The position numbers were made by a program, and so were the translations under genes. A stretch of DNA of 64,000 nucleotides from NCBI GenBank assembly GCA_963704725.1, contig OY969934.1:1312001-1376000 (forward strand), in the 5' to 3' direction. Origin of the DNA: an uncultured Actinomycetes bacterium (GTDB lineage Bacteria; Actinomycetota; UBA4738; HRBIN12). Positions 54,877 through 64,000 of this stretch are shown here, piece after piece (the stretch's first letter is position 1; each line of letters starts with the position of its first letter). The notes beneath the pieces were generated by a model. That model saw nothing but the letters and a program-made list of their open reading frames with translations, was not told the DNA's origin and ran no database searches.

Positions 54877-55587
54877 ATGGACGAGCTCGGGACGATCCTG
54901 GGGGTGTGGGCACACCCCGACGACGAGACCTACCTGTCCGCGGCGCTGATGGCCCGTGCCGTCCGAGCCGGCTCGCGCGTCGTGTGCGTGACCGCGACGC
55001 GGGGCGAGGGCGGCTCGATGGACGAGGAGCGATGGCCGCCCGAGAAGATGGGTGAGGTCCGCACCGCCGAGCTCCAGCGCTCGATGGAGATCCTCGGCGT
55101 CACCGAGCACCACTGGCTCGACCTCCCCGACATCGACATGGACACCGGGCTGCCCGAGGAGGGCTACGCGCGGGTCCGCGGCCTCGTCGCCGAGGTCCGG
55201 CCGGACACGATCCTCACGTTCGGACCGGAGGGGATGACCGGCCACGAGGCTCACAAGACCGTCTCGCGCTGGGCGACGCGGGCCCTGCGCGAGGCCGGCG
55301 AGCCCGGCTCCCGCGTGCTCTACGCCTGCGTGACGCCGGAGTGGGCGGCCGAGTTCCTGCCGATCTGGGAGCCGTTCAACGTGTTCCTCCCCGGTACCCC
55401 GAGGGTCGTGCCGCCCGAGGAGCTCTCGATCGACTACCGGCCGCCGGACGACATCCTCGAGATCAAGGTCAACGCGATCAACGCCCACGTGAGCCAGATC
55501 GAGTCGATCCTGCAGGCCGTGGGCGACGAGACGTGGTGGCGGCAGATGTCGTTCGAGGGCTTCCGGCTCGGCGAGGAGAAGCGGTGA
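54877..55587 (+). CDS. PIG-L-family deacetylase
   Basis: WAHPDDE, ATRGEGG, GMTGHEAH, HVSQ. Confidence 0.88.
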   Translation: MDELGTILGVWAHPDDETYLSAALMARAVRAGSRVVCVTATRGEGGSMDEERWPPEKMGEVRTAELQRSMEILGVTEHHWLDLPDIDMDTGLPEEGYARVRGLVAEVRPDTILTFGPEGMTGHEAHKTVSRWATRALREAGEPGSRVLYACVTPEWAAEFLPIWEPFNVFLPGTPRVVPPEELSIDYRPPDDILEIKVNAINAHVSQIESILQAVGDETWWRQMSFEGFRLGEEKR

Positions 55588-57095
55588 CCGACTCGCCGAA
55601 CCCGTTCGGCGATCTCGACTGGGATCCGGCGCGCGCGCGCGCCTTCACGGCCCGGGTGGCGGGGCTGTACGAGGAGTTCCTCACCCGCCTCCCGGAGCTC
55701 CCCATCACGCACGGCCGGAGCTGGGCGGAGGTCCGGGAGGCCGTGGCGATCGAGGTGCCCGAGGAGCCCATGGCCGACGACGACCTCATCGCGTACCTGC
55801 GCGAGGTCGTGTTCGAGCAGTCGACGTTTCCCGGGCATCCGCGCTTCATGGCCTACGTGTCGGGGGCGGGAACCGTGCCTGGCGCCGCGGCCGACCTGCT
55901 CGCGGCGGGAATCAACATGAACGCCGGGGGGTGGATGCTGTCCCCGGCCGCCACCGAGATCGAGCTCCAGCTCACGCGAACCCTCGCCTCGTGGTTCGGG
56001 TTGCCGCCGGGGTCCGGCGGGATCGTGGTCTCGGGCGGCGCGATGGCCAACTTCGTCGCGCTGAAGGCGGCCCGCGACCACGGCGCGGGGTGGGACGTCC
56101 GCCGCGCCGGCGTCTCGGCCGGGCCGCCGCTGGCCCTCTACCTGTCCGAGGAGACGCACGTCGTGTCGTCCCGGGCCGCCGACATGCTGGGGCTGGGGAC
56201 CGACGCGGTGCGGACGATCCCCGTCGGCGGCGACTACCGCGTCCGCCTCGACGCGCTGCGCGAGGCGATCGCCGCCGATCGGGCGGCGGACGTGCGGCCG
56301 TTCGCCGTCGTGGCCTCGGCCGGCACGGTCGCCACGGGGGCGATCGACCCGCTGGGGGCGATCGCGGATCTGTGCGAGGACGAGGGCCTGTGGTTCCACG
56401 TCGACGCCGCGTACGGGGGGCCCGCGGCGTTCACGGACGATCTCCGCCCGCTGTTCGACGGGATCGAGCGAGCGGACTCGATCGCGTTCGACCCGCACAA
56501 GTGGCTCTACACGCCGCTCACGGGAGGATGCGTGCTGGTCCGGGACATGCAGACGCTACCGGACTCGTTCTCGGTGACGGCCTCGTACACGTACCAGGAC
56601 AAGGAGCGCACCGGGCGCGGCGTGGACGGCACGCAGCTCGGGCCGCAGTTCTCGCGCGGCTTCTGGGCCCTGAAGGTGTGGCTCTCGCTCCTCGCGCACG
56701 GCCGGGTCGCATACGCGCGCCGGATCTCGCACGACGCCGAGCTGGCCCGCTACCTCGGCTCGCGCACCGAGGAACGGCCCGACTTCGAGCTCAGCTGTCC
56801 CGTCGGCCTGTCGATCTGCTGCTTCCGGTACGTCCCGCCCGACCTGCCGCACGCCGAGGGTCGCGAGGAGTACCTGGATCTGCTCAACGAGCGGCTCATG
56901 ACCGAGGTGCAGCAGGAGGGGCGGGTGTTCTTCTCCAACGCCGTGCTGCGGGGACGGTTCGTGCTCCGCGTGTGCATCGTGAACTTCCGCACGGAGGCCA
57001 CGGACCTCGACGCCGTGCTGGACGTGGCGGCCGAGACCGGCGAGCGCCTGGACGCCGAGCTCCGGCCGGCCGGGCTCCGACAGGGGGCGGCGTGA
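55584..57095 (+). CDS. Group II PLP-dependent amino-acid decarboxylase
   Basis: HPRFMAYV, SGGAMAN, GTVATGAIDPL, HVDAAYGG, DPHKW PLP lysine; GTGA overlap. Confidence 0.92.
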   Translation: MTDSPNPFGDLDWDPARARAFTARVAGLYEEFLTRLPELPITHGRSWAEVREAVAIEVPEEPMADDDLIAYLREVVFEQSTFPGHPRFMAYVSGAGTVPGAAADLLAAGINMNAGGWMLSPAATEIELQLTRTLASWFGLPPGSGGIVVSGGAMANFVALKAARDHGAGWDVRRAGVSAGPPLALYLSEETHVVSSRAADMLGLGTDAVRTIPVGGDYRVRLDALREAIAADRAADVRPFAVVASAGTVATGAIDPLGAIADLCEDEGLWFHVDAAYGGPAAFTDDLRPLFDGIERADSIAFDPHKWLYTPLTGGCVLVRDMQTLPDSFSVTASYTYQDKERTGRGVDGTQLGPQFSRGFWALKVWLSLLAHGRVAYARRISHDAELARYLGSRTEERPDFELSCPVGLSICCFRYVPPDLPHAEGREEYLDLLNERLMTEVQQEGRVFFSNAVLRGRFVLRVCIVNFRTEATDLDAVLDVAAETGERLDAELRPAGLRQGAA

Positions 57096-57826
57096 GCGGG
57101 CGAGCCATGGCCCTGCTCGGCTCCGGCGAGTTCGACCCGTGGTCCGAGCCCGTCGACCGGTGGCTCCTCGAGCGGTCGCGGAACCCCGACGGCGTCGTGC
57201 TCGTCGCGCCCACGGCCGCCGCGCACGAGGGCGAGGCGTCGTTCTCGTCCTGGGGCTCCAAGGGGCTGGAGCACTACCGATCCCTCGGCCCGCCCGCGGA
57301 GGTGCTGGAGCTCCGCACGCGGGAGGACGCGTTCCGCGACGAGATCGTCGGCCGGCTCGACGACGCCTCCCTCGTCTTCTTCTCGGGGGGGAACCCGGCA
57401 CGCCTGGCCGAGGCTCTCCGCGACACCCCGTTCTGGTCGGCGCTGTGCTCGGCCCTCGGCGACGGGCTCCCCTACGCGGGGTGCAGCGCCGGCGTGGCGT
57501 GCCTCACCGAGCGCACGTACGACAGCGAGACGCAGGACTTCGAGGGGATGTGGAAGCCGGGGATCGGGTTCGTCCACGGGACGCTCTTCGGACCGCACTG
57601 GGACATCGTCGACTCGTGGGTGCCCGGCGCGAGCGAGTTCATCGTGGGCTCGGTGACGGACGGGCAGGTGTTCGTGGGCCTGGACGAGGACACCGCGATG
57701 GTCGGCGACGGACACGAGTGGTCGGTGCTCGGGCGGCAGGGGATCCACGTCCGGCGCAACGGCGACTGGGCCACGTACCGGGAGGGCGACGCCTTCGAGC
57801 TCGACCTTCCGCTGGACGGCGACTGA
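57092..57826 (+). CDS. Peptidase S51 / cyanophycinase-like protein
   Basis: LLGSGEF, PTAA, FSGGNP, GCSAG (Ser), GPHWD (His), GLDEDT (Glu); GTGA overlap. Confidence 0.82.
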   Translation: MSGRAMALLGSGEFDPWSEPVDRWLLERSRNPDGVVLVAPTAAAHEGEASFSSWGSKGLEHYRSLGPPAEVLELRTREDAFRDEIVGRLDDASLVFFSGGNPARLAEALRDTPFWSALCSALGDGLPYAGCSAGVACLTERTYDSETQDFEGMWKPGIGFVHGTLFGPHWDIVDSWVPGASEFIVGSVTDGQVFVGLDEDTAMVGDGHEWSVLGRQGIHVRRNGDWATYREGDAFELDLPLDGD

Positions 57827-57830
57827 GCCC

Positions 57831-58490
57831 GTGGCGAAGTCCAAGCTCACGCGGGGCGACCCGATCGAGCGGCGCGCGCCGGCGATCGTCGAGCGGCTCT
57901 CGGCCGCGTATCCCGACGCGCACGTCGCGCTCCGGTTCTCGAACGCGCTCGAGATGCTGGTGGCGACGATCCTGTCCGCGCAGTGCACGGACGAGAAGGT
58001 GAACGAGGTCACTGCCACGCTGTTCCAGAAGTACCGATCGGCGCAGGACTACCTGAAGGTCCCCGAGGACGAGCTCAAGGCCGACATCAAGCCGACCGGA
58101 TTCTTCAACCAGAAGGCGACCTCGATCCGCGCCGCCTGTCAGCGGATCGTCGAGGTGTACGACGGAACCGTCCCGGACACGATGGAGGACCTCGTCACGC
58201 TGCGCGGCGTGGCGCGCAAGACGGCGAACATCGTGCTGGGCAACGCCTACGGCAAGGTCGAGGGCGTCGCGGTCGACACGCACGTCAAGCGCCTGGCCAA
58301 CCGCCTTGGGTTCACCGCGCAGTCGGACCCCGACAAGATCGAGCGGGACCTGATGCGGTTGGTGCCGCGGGAGCGGTGGTTCGACTTCACCTATGTGCTG
58401 ATCGACCACGGCCGGGCGGTCTGCCACGCTCGCCGTCCGCGATGCGAGGACTGCGTCGTCAACGAGCTGTGTCCGGCCAGCCTGGTCTGA
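57831..58490 (+). CDS. nth: Endonuclease III
   Basis: ILSAQCTD, GVARKTAN HhH, VDTHVKR, CHARRPRCEDC....C Fe-S motif. Confidence 0.96.
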   Translation: MAKSKLTRGDPIERRAPAIVERLSAAYPDAHVALRFSNALEMLVATILSAQCTDEKVNEVTATLFQKYRSAQDYLKVPEDELKADIKPTGFFNQKATSIRAACQRIVEVYDGTVPDTMEDLVTLRGVARKTANIVLGNAYGKVEGVAVDTHVKRLANRLGFTAQSDPDKIERDLMRLVPRERWFDFTYVLIDHGRAVCHARRPRCEDCVVNELCPASLV

Positions 58491-58519
58491 GCCGCCGGCG
58501 CCATCGGTAGGCTTGCGGA

Positions 58520-59299
58520 ATGCCCGACCATCGGTTCCCGGACGACGCGTTCCCGGTGATCGTGGCGCACCGCGGGGCGCCCTCGAGCCGCCCTGAGAAC
58601 ACGCTGGCGTCGTTCGAGGAGGCCCTGCGCCTGGGCGCGCGGATCGTCGAGCTCGACGTGCGCGTCTCGCGAGACGGCGTCGCCGTGGTCATGCACGACG
58701 CGACGGTGGACCGGACGACCGACGGGGCCGGCGCGGTCCACGAGCTGACGGCGTCGGAGCTGACGGCGCTGAACGCCGGGACGCCGGAGCGACCGGAGCG
58801 CGTCCCGACGCTGGCCGACGTCCTCGACCTCGTCGGCGGCCGCGGCGCCGTCGCGCTCGAGATCAAGAACCTCCCCGGCGAGCCCGGGTACGACCCGGTC
58901 CGGGAGACGGCCGTCGAGCTCGTCCACGCCGAGCTGGAGCGGACCGGATTCGAGGGACCGGTGCTCGTGCTCTCGTTCAACCCGGCGTCGCTCGGGGCCT
59001 CGAAGGAGCTCGCGCCCGACGTGCCCACGGGGTTCCTCACCACCGAGCACCTGCCGCCCCGCGAGGCGCTGGCGCACGCGGCCGGCGCCGGTCACGAGAT
59101 GCTCCTGCCGGGGACGCGATCGCTGATCCCGGCGGGACCGGGTTTCGTGGAGGAGGTGCACGCGGCCGGCCTGCGCGTGGGGACGTGGACCGCCGACGAG
59201 CCAAGGGAGGTCCGGATGCTCCTCGATCGCGGCGTCGACGCCGTCGCCTCGAACGACCCGGCGATGGCGCTGGCCGTCCTCGCCGAGCGATCGCCCTGA
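58520..59299 (+). CDS. Glycerophosphodiester phosphodiesterase
   Basis: AHRGA..PENT, ELDV..SRDG..MHD..DRTT, LEIK. Confidence 0.92.
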   Translation: MPDHRFPDDAFPVIVAHRGAPSSRPENTLASFEEALRLGARIVELDVRVSRDGVAVVMHDATVDRTTDGAGAVHELTASELTALNAGTPERPERVPTLADVLDLVGGRGAVALEIKNLPGEPGYDPVRETAVELVHAELERTGFEGPVLVLSFNPASLGASKELAPDVPTGFLTTEHLPPREALAHAAGAGHEMLLPGTRSLIPAGPGFVEEVHAAGLRVGTWTADEPREVRMLLDRGVDAVASNDPAMALAVLAERSP

Positions 59300-59730
59300 T
59301 GGTGCTCCGCCGTCGCCGGCTGCCCGAGCGCCTCGAGGCGAGCCGCCGCGCGTTCGAGGGCCTCGTCCCGGCACTGGAGCGGGCGAAGGGCGCCCTCACC
59401 GAGTCCGTCCCGGGGACCCGGATGCCGGGGCGGCCGCTGGCCGAGGCCCTGTTCGAGTTCGAGCAGGCGTTGCACGAGGTCGAGGCCGGGATGGACGCGT
59501 GGCGCGCCCCCGAGCTCGAGGACGCGTGGCTGCGCGCGAGCGCCGGGCTCGGCGAGGCGCTGACGCTGGCGGAGCGGGTGCGGACCGAGGCGCCCGAGCC
59601 GGCGGCGTTCGAAGGCCTGATCGGTCTGATCGGGAACCTCCTCGCGCCGCTCGACGCGTTCGGGGTGGCCGCCGATCGCTTTCGCGACCTGCGGCGATCG
59701 TCCGGCCGGGCGCACACGGAGCGCCGGTAG
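59299..59730 (+). CDS. Hypothetical helical protein
   Basis: TGATG-coupled ORF filling the gap, typical codon pattern. Confidence 0.6.
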   Translation: MVLRRRRLPERLEASRRAFEGLVPALERAKGALTESVPGTRMPGRPLAEALFEFEQALHEVEAGMDAWRAPELEDAWLRASAGLGEALTLAERVRTEAPEPAAFEGLIGLIGNLLAPLDAFGVAADRFRDLRRSSGRAHTERR

Positions 59731-59739
59731 GATCGGGCC

Positions 59740-60417
59740 GTGGAGTGGGGGGCGCCGAGCGTCGTGGACGCGCTCGCCGGGGAGAGCCGGCGGGCGGCGG
59801 AGGTGGCGCTGGCGCTGTCCGAGGACGCCTTCACCCGACCCACCAGGTGCCCGCCCTGGGACGTGAAGGCCCTGGTCGGACATCTCTACCGCGACGTCGA
59901 CCGGATCCTCGAGTACCGGGACCGGCTCGCGGGAGCTCCGGACACGGACTCGGTGAGCTACTGGACGAGCTACGACCCGCGGGGCGACGCGGCGGACGTC
60001 TCGGCTCGGGCGCAGCAGATCGCGGACGGGTACGCGACCGGGTCCGATCTCGCGCGCGCGTTCGACGAGCGCTGGCGGGTGGCGGTCGCCGCGGCGCAGG
60101 AGATGAGCCCGGATCGGTCGATCTCGACGTTCGGCCCGACGCTGCGATTCGACGAGTACGTGAAGACACGGGTCCTGGAGATGGCGGTGCACGGTCTCGA
60201 CCTGGCGCACGCGCTCGATCGCGAGCCGTGGACGATGCCGGAGGCTGCCGCCGTCGTCCACGCGATCCTCGTCGGTCTCCTGGGCATCGAGCCGCCCGCG
60301 GCTCTGGGTTGGGACGACGTGACGTTCTTCGACACCGGGACGGGGAGGCGCGCCCTCACGGATGCCGAGCGCTCGGCGCTCGGGGAGCGAGCGGGCCGCT
60401 TCCCGCTGCTCTCGTGA
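59740..60417 (+). CDS. Mycothiol-dependent maleylpyruvate isomerase (MDMPI/DinB)-family protein
   Basis: PTRCPPWDVKALVGH and RVLEMAVHGLDL metal motifs. Confidence 0.85.
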   Translation: MEWGAPSVVDALAGESRRAAEVALALSEDAFTRPTRCPPWDVKALVGHLYRDVDRILEYRDRLAGAPDTDSVSYWTSYDPRGDAADVSARAQQIADGYATGSDLARAFDERWRVAVAAAQEMSPDRSISTFGPTLRFDEYVKTRVLEMAVHGLDLAHALDREPWTMPEAAAVVHAILVGLLGIEPPAALGWDDVTFFDTGTGRRALTDAERSALGERAGRFPLLS

Positions 60418-61145
60418 CCCGGCGCGAGCTCGAGCTCGTGACCGCCGAGGTCGTGGCATGCCGGCGGTGCCCCCGCCTCGTCGAGTGGCGGGAGCGCGTG
60501 GCCCGTGACAAGGTGGCGCGCTTCGCCGACGAGGACTACTGGGGGCGTCCCGTCCCCGGGCTCGGCGGCTCCGGCGCGCGGATCCTGGTCCTGGGGCTCG
60601 CCCCGGCCGCGCACGGCGGCAACCGGACCGGCCGCATCTTCACCGGCGATCGGTCGGGCGACTTCCTGTTCCGCTCGTTGTTCACGGCGGGTCTGTCGAA
60701 CAGGCCGGTGTCGCTCCGCAGGGGCGACGGCCTGCGACTGCGATCGACCTACGTGGCCGCCGTGAACCGGTGCGCGCCGCCGGGGAACCGCCCCACGCCC
60801 GATGAGCGGGATCGCTGCCTCCCGTACCTCGAGCGCGAGGTCGCCGCGCTCGCCCGGCTCCGCGTGATCGTGGCGCTCGGCGAGGTGGCCTGGGACGGGG
60901 CGCTGCTGGCGCTCGCGGCCCTCGGTCACCGGGTGCGGCCCAAGCCCCGGTTCGGGCACGGCGCCGAGGCGGAGGTCGGTCCCTTCGTTCTGCTCGGCTC
61001 CTACCACCCCAGCCAGCAGAACACGTTCACGGGGAAGCTCACGCAGGACATGCTCGACGCGGTCCTGGCTCGCGCCACCGAGCTCGCCGGCGTTATGCGT
61101 TCTGGGAGGAGCCGTCCTCGGTCTGCTCGTGGATCCTCCGCATGA
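60414..61145 (+). CDS. udgB: Family 5 uracil-DNA glycosylase
   Basis: CRRCPRL, YWGRPVPG, GLAPAAHGGNRTGR.FTGD, RCAPP, HPSQQN. Confidence 0.92.
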   Translation: MTRRELELVTAEVVACRRCPRLVEWRERVARDKVARFADEDYWGRPVPGLGGSGARILVLGLAPAAHGGNRTGRIFTGDRSGDFLFRSLFTAGLSNRPVSLRRGDGLRLRSTYVAAVNRCAPPGNRPTPDERDRCLPYLEREVAALARLRVIVALGEVAWDGALLALAALGHRVRPKPRFGHGAEAEVGPFVLLGSYHPSQQNTFTGKLTQDMLDAVLARATELAGVMRSGRSRPRSARGSSA

Positions 61146-61545
61146 GCGGGATCCGGTCGAGCTCGAGGATGCCGATGACGAGGATCGTTCCGAGCGCCGC
61201 CGTGAGGTAGGCGCCGAGCCCGGCCACGACGCCGAGCGCGGTCGCCGCCCACGCGCCGGCCGCGGTCGTCAGGCCGTGGATGTAGGTCGACTTCCGCTGG
61301 AAGATCAGGCCGCCGCCCAGGAAGCCGACGCCGGTGGCCACCCCCTGGATGACCCGACTCGCCCCCTGGATGCCCAGGAGCAGCGCCCCTGCGGCGGCGA
61401 ACGCGGCGGCGGCGAACGCGAGGAGCGCGAACGTGCGCTCACCCGCCGCCTTCCCCCGGTACTCGCGCTCGATCCCGATGGCGAGGCCGAGCAGCGCTCC
61501 GAGGGCGGCCCGACCGAAGAGCGTGAGCTCGAGGGTCGTGTCCAC
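61093..61545 (-). CDS. MgtC/SapB family membrane protein (no ACT domain)
   Basis: IGIERE..AGERTF, QGVATGVGFLGGG, GLTTAA..W. Confidence 0.9.
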   Translation of the reverse strand: MDTTLELTLFGRAALGALLGLAIGIEREYRGKAAGERTFALLAFAAAAFAAAGALLLGIQGASRVIQGVATGVGFLGGGLIFQRKSTYIHGLTTAAGAWAATALGVVAGLGAYLTAALGTILVIGILELDRIPLMRRIHEQTEDGSSQNA

Positions 61546-61601
61546 GGCGACAGCCTAGCCCGGCCGGCCGTCGTATCGGAGGGGGGCCGTATCCTGACCT
61601 G

Positions 61602-63563
61602 ATGCGAGGCCACGGCATGTTCCGCGTTCCCTCCGAGGAGGACCAGCGCCCCATCGGCAAGCACACGGTGCGCCGTGTCGTCGCGACGTTCCGCCCCTAC
61701 CGCGGCAAGGTCACCCTCGTCGGGCTCCTCATCGTCGTGACGTCGGGGCTCGGCGTCGTGAACCCGCTCCTGATCAAGTACATCTTCGACCACGCTCTCT
61801 TCGGGAAGACCTGCGACGGCGGCCCGTGCCCCAACCTGCACACGCTCTACGTCGGGGTTGGGTTCATGGTGGGGATCCCGATCGTCACGGGGCTGATCGG
61901 GATCGGACAGACCTATCTGGCCAACGTCGTCGGGCTGAACGTGATGCAGGACCTGCGCAACCAGCTTTACGCCCACCTGCAGTTCATGCCGCTCCGTTTC
62001 TTCACGACGACCCGGACCGGCGAGATCCAGTCTCGCCTCGCCAACGACGTCGGCGGCGTGCAGTCCGTGGTCACGGATACCGCGTCGAACGTCCTGGCGA
62101 ACGTCGTCGTGATCGCGAGCACCCTCGTCGCGATGCTCGTGCTCTCCTGGCAGCTGACCGTTCTGAGCCTGTTCATGATGCCGCTCTTCCTGTGGCTCAC
62201 GGTCAAGGTGGGGCGCGCCCGGCGCGAGGTTGCCACCAACACGCAGAAGACCCTCGCCGACCTGACCGCCATCACCGAGGAGACGCTGTCCGTGTCGGGC
62301 ATCCTGCTCTCCAAGTCGTTCGGGAGGCAGCGCCACGAGATCGGCCGCTTCCGAGGCGAGAACGAGCGGCTGACCGGCCTGCAGATCCGTCAGACGATGA
62401 TCGGCCGGTCGTTCTTCGCCGTCGTGGGCACGTTCTTCTCGATCACGCCGGCACTGACGTACCTCGTCGCCGGCTGGGTCCTCTCCAACAACCCCCTGCA
62501 GACGGCGATCACGGCTGGGACGATCGTGTCGTTCACCACGCTGCAGAGCCGGCTCTTCTTCCCCGTGGGCTCGATGCTCCAGGTCTCGACCGAGGTCCAG
62601 TCCTCGATGGCGCTCTTCGACCGGATCTTCGAGTACCTCGACATGGACCACGAGATCGCCGACGCGCCGGACGCCGTGCACCTCGCGCCGGACCAGGTCC
62701 TGGGAAAGGTCGCCCTCCGCGACGTGTGGTTCCGGTACGACGCGCCGCCGGACGGGGAGCGAACCCCCGTGTCCCCACCCGACCTCGCGCTGGCCAACGA
62801 GGCTCCGCGCGAGTGGACGCTCGAAGGCGTCTCGCTCGAGATCGAGCCGGGGCAGTTGGCGGCGCTCGTGGGCCCGTCGGGCGCGGGCAAGACGACGATC
62901 ACGTACCTGGTGCCCCGGCTCTACGACGTGCAGCGGGGACAGGTCGAGATCGACGCGACGGACGTGCGGAAGATCGCGCTCGAGTCGATCGGCGACGCGA
63001 TCGGGGTCGTGACGCAGGAGACGTACCTGTTCCACACCACGATCCGGCGCAACCTCCTGTACGGCAAGCCCGACGCCACGCAGGAGGAGCTCGAGGCCGC
63101 GGCCGCCGCCGCCAACATCCACGACCGTATCGCCGAGCTGGCCGAGGGCTACGACACGATCGTCGGGGAGCGCGGCTACAAGCTCTCGGGCGGGGAGAAG
63201 CAGCGTCTGGCGATCGCCCGCGTGATCCTCAAGGACCCGCGGATCCTCATCCTGGACGAGGCCACCTCGTCGCTCGACACGACGTCGGAGCGGCTGGTGC
63301 AGGCCGCGCTCGAGCCCTTGATGAAGGGGCGGACGACGATCGCGATCGCGCACCGGCTGTCGACGATCCTGTCGGCCGACGTGATCTTCGTGGTGGACCG
63401 GGGCCGGATCGTCGAGCGGGGGACCCACCAGGAGCTCATCGACCGGGGTGGCCTGTACGCGCGGCTGTACGAGCAGCAGTTCCGCGGCGGTCTCGTCCAG
63501 GCCGAGTGCGAGGACGGCGTGATCCTGTCGACCGGCGAGGTCGTGCGGACCGGGAGCGGTTAG
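61602..63563 (+). CDS. ABC exporter, fused permease/ATPase
   Basis: TM domain, TGEIQSRLANDV, GPSGAGKT, LSGGEKQR, LDEATS, IAHRLST. Confidence 0.94.
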   Translation: MRGHGMFRVPSEEDQRPIGKHTVRRVVATFRPYRGKVTLVGLLIVVTSGLGVVNPLLIKYIFDHALFGKTCDGGPCPNLHTLYVGVGFMVGIPIVTGLIGIGQTYLANVVGLNVMQDLRNQLYAHLQFMPLRFFTTTRTGEIQSRLANDVGGVQSVVTDTASNVLANVVVIASTLVAMLVLSWQLTVLSLFMMPLFLWLTVKVGRARREVATNTQKTLADLTAITEETLSVSGILLSKSFGRQRHEIGRFRGENERLTGLQIRQTMIGRSFFAVVGTFFSITPALTYLVAGWVLSNNPLQTAITAGTIVSFTTLQSRLFFPVGSMLQVSTEVQSSMALFDRIFEYLDMDHEIADAPDAVHLAPDQVLGKVALRDVWFRYDAPPDGERTPVSPPDLALANEAPREWTLEGVSLEIEPGQLAALVGPSGAGKTTITYLVPRLYDVQRGQVEIDATDVRKIALESIGDAIGVVTQETYLFHTTIRRNLLYGKPDATQEELEAAAAAANIHDRIAELAEGYDTIVGERGYKLSGGEKQRLAIARVILKDPRILILDEATSSLDTTSERLVQAALEPLMKGRTTIAIAHRLSTILSADVIFVVDRGRIVERGTHQELIDRGGLYARLYEQQFRGGLVQAECEDGVILSTGEVVRTGSG

Positions 63564-64000
63564 ATCCCGCGCTGGTAGGTCAACAGCACGAACCCGTCGG
63601 GGAAGACCCGGTCGGCGAGCCGCTCGAACCCGAGGTGCTCGTACATCGCCTGGGCCACGGTCATCCGGTGCGTGGTGTGCAGGGTCATCCGGGTGCGCCC
63701 GGCGAGGCGGGCCCGCTCGAAGCACGCGTCCATGAGCGCCCGGGCCACGCCGCGTCCGCGCGCCGACGGATCGACGCCGAGCATCCGGATGTGCGCCTCG
63801 TCCGCCGACAGCGGTGGGTCGTCCCCGTCGATCCGCCGCCCGATCTCGAGCGACGCGCTCCCGAGCACACGCCCGTCCTCGACCGCGACCAGGATCGTGG
63901 CCGCATCGGCTCGCCCCGCCACGTCGGCGATCTCCGCCAGGTAGTCCTCCCAAGCCGCCTCGCCCGGCCCGACGTACTCACGGTAGGCGAGCGCGGTCAC
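63560..64000 (-). CDS. GNAT acetyltransferase (probably 5'-truncated by the window edge)
   Basis: RMLGVDPSARGRGVA, LHTT..M..A..MYEHLGF. Confidence 0.85.
   Translation of the reverse strand: MTALAYREYVGPGEAAWEDYLAEIADVAGRADAATILVAVEDGRVLGSASLEIGRRIDGDDPPLSADEAHIRMLGVDPSARGRGVARALMDACFERARLAGRTRMTLHTTHRMTVAQAMYEHLGFERLADRVFPDGFVLLTYQRGI

Overview
Very GC-rich, densely coding bacterial chromosome segment, most likely from an actinobacterium outside the well-studied orders (inferred from SigH/SigR-RshA, UPF0182-PDZ-zincin-tRNA-Met synteny, a DUF5319-like gene, an MDMPI-family gene and Ku/LigD). It is mostly housekeeping or accessory metabolism: the end of an arginine operon (argJ-argB-argR-argG-argH), NHEJ (ligD/ku), glnK-glnD, a larB-larC-larE nickel-pincer cofactor operon without larA, a BMP-type nucleoside ABC operon with upp, a type I-beta DAHP synthase, moaE, an orphan mreB, UPF0182, an initiator tRNA-Met, a cyclase-STAND-TPR protein, ftsH, sigH-rshA, nth and udgB. 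I saw no CRISPR array, integrase, transposase or prophage. The best-supported unannotated element is a complete Phe/Tyr leader-peptide attenuator (promoter, near-leaderless 17-codon peptide, antiterminator, terminator) upstream of the DAHP synthase. Other leads are a CysRS-C-terminal-domain/GT2 fusion, the larA-less lar operon with a divergent LarC, and a small Zn-finger ORF behind rshA. All family calls come from motif recognition by eye, not from database searches, and many starts were re-called from gene overlaps, RBSs or leaderless -10 boxes.
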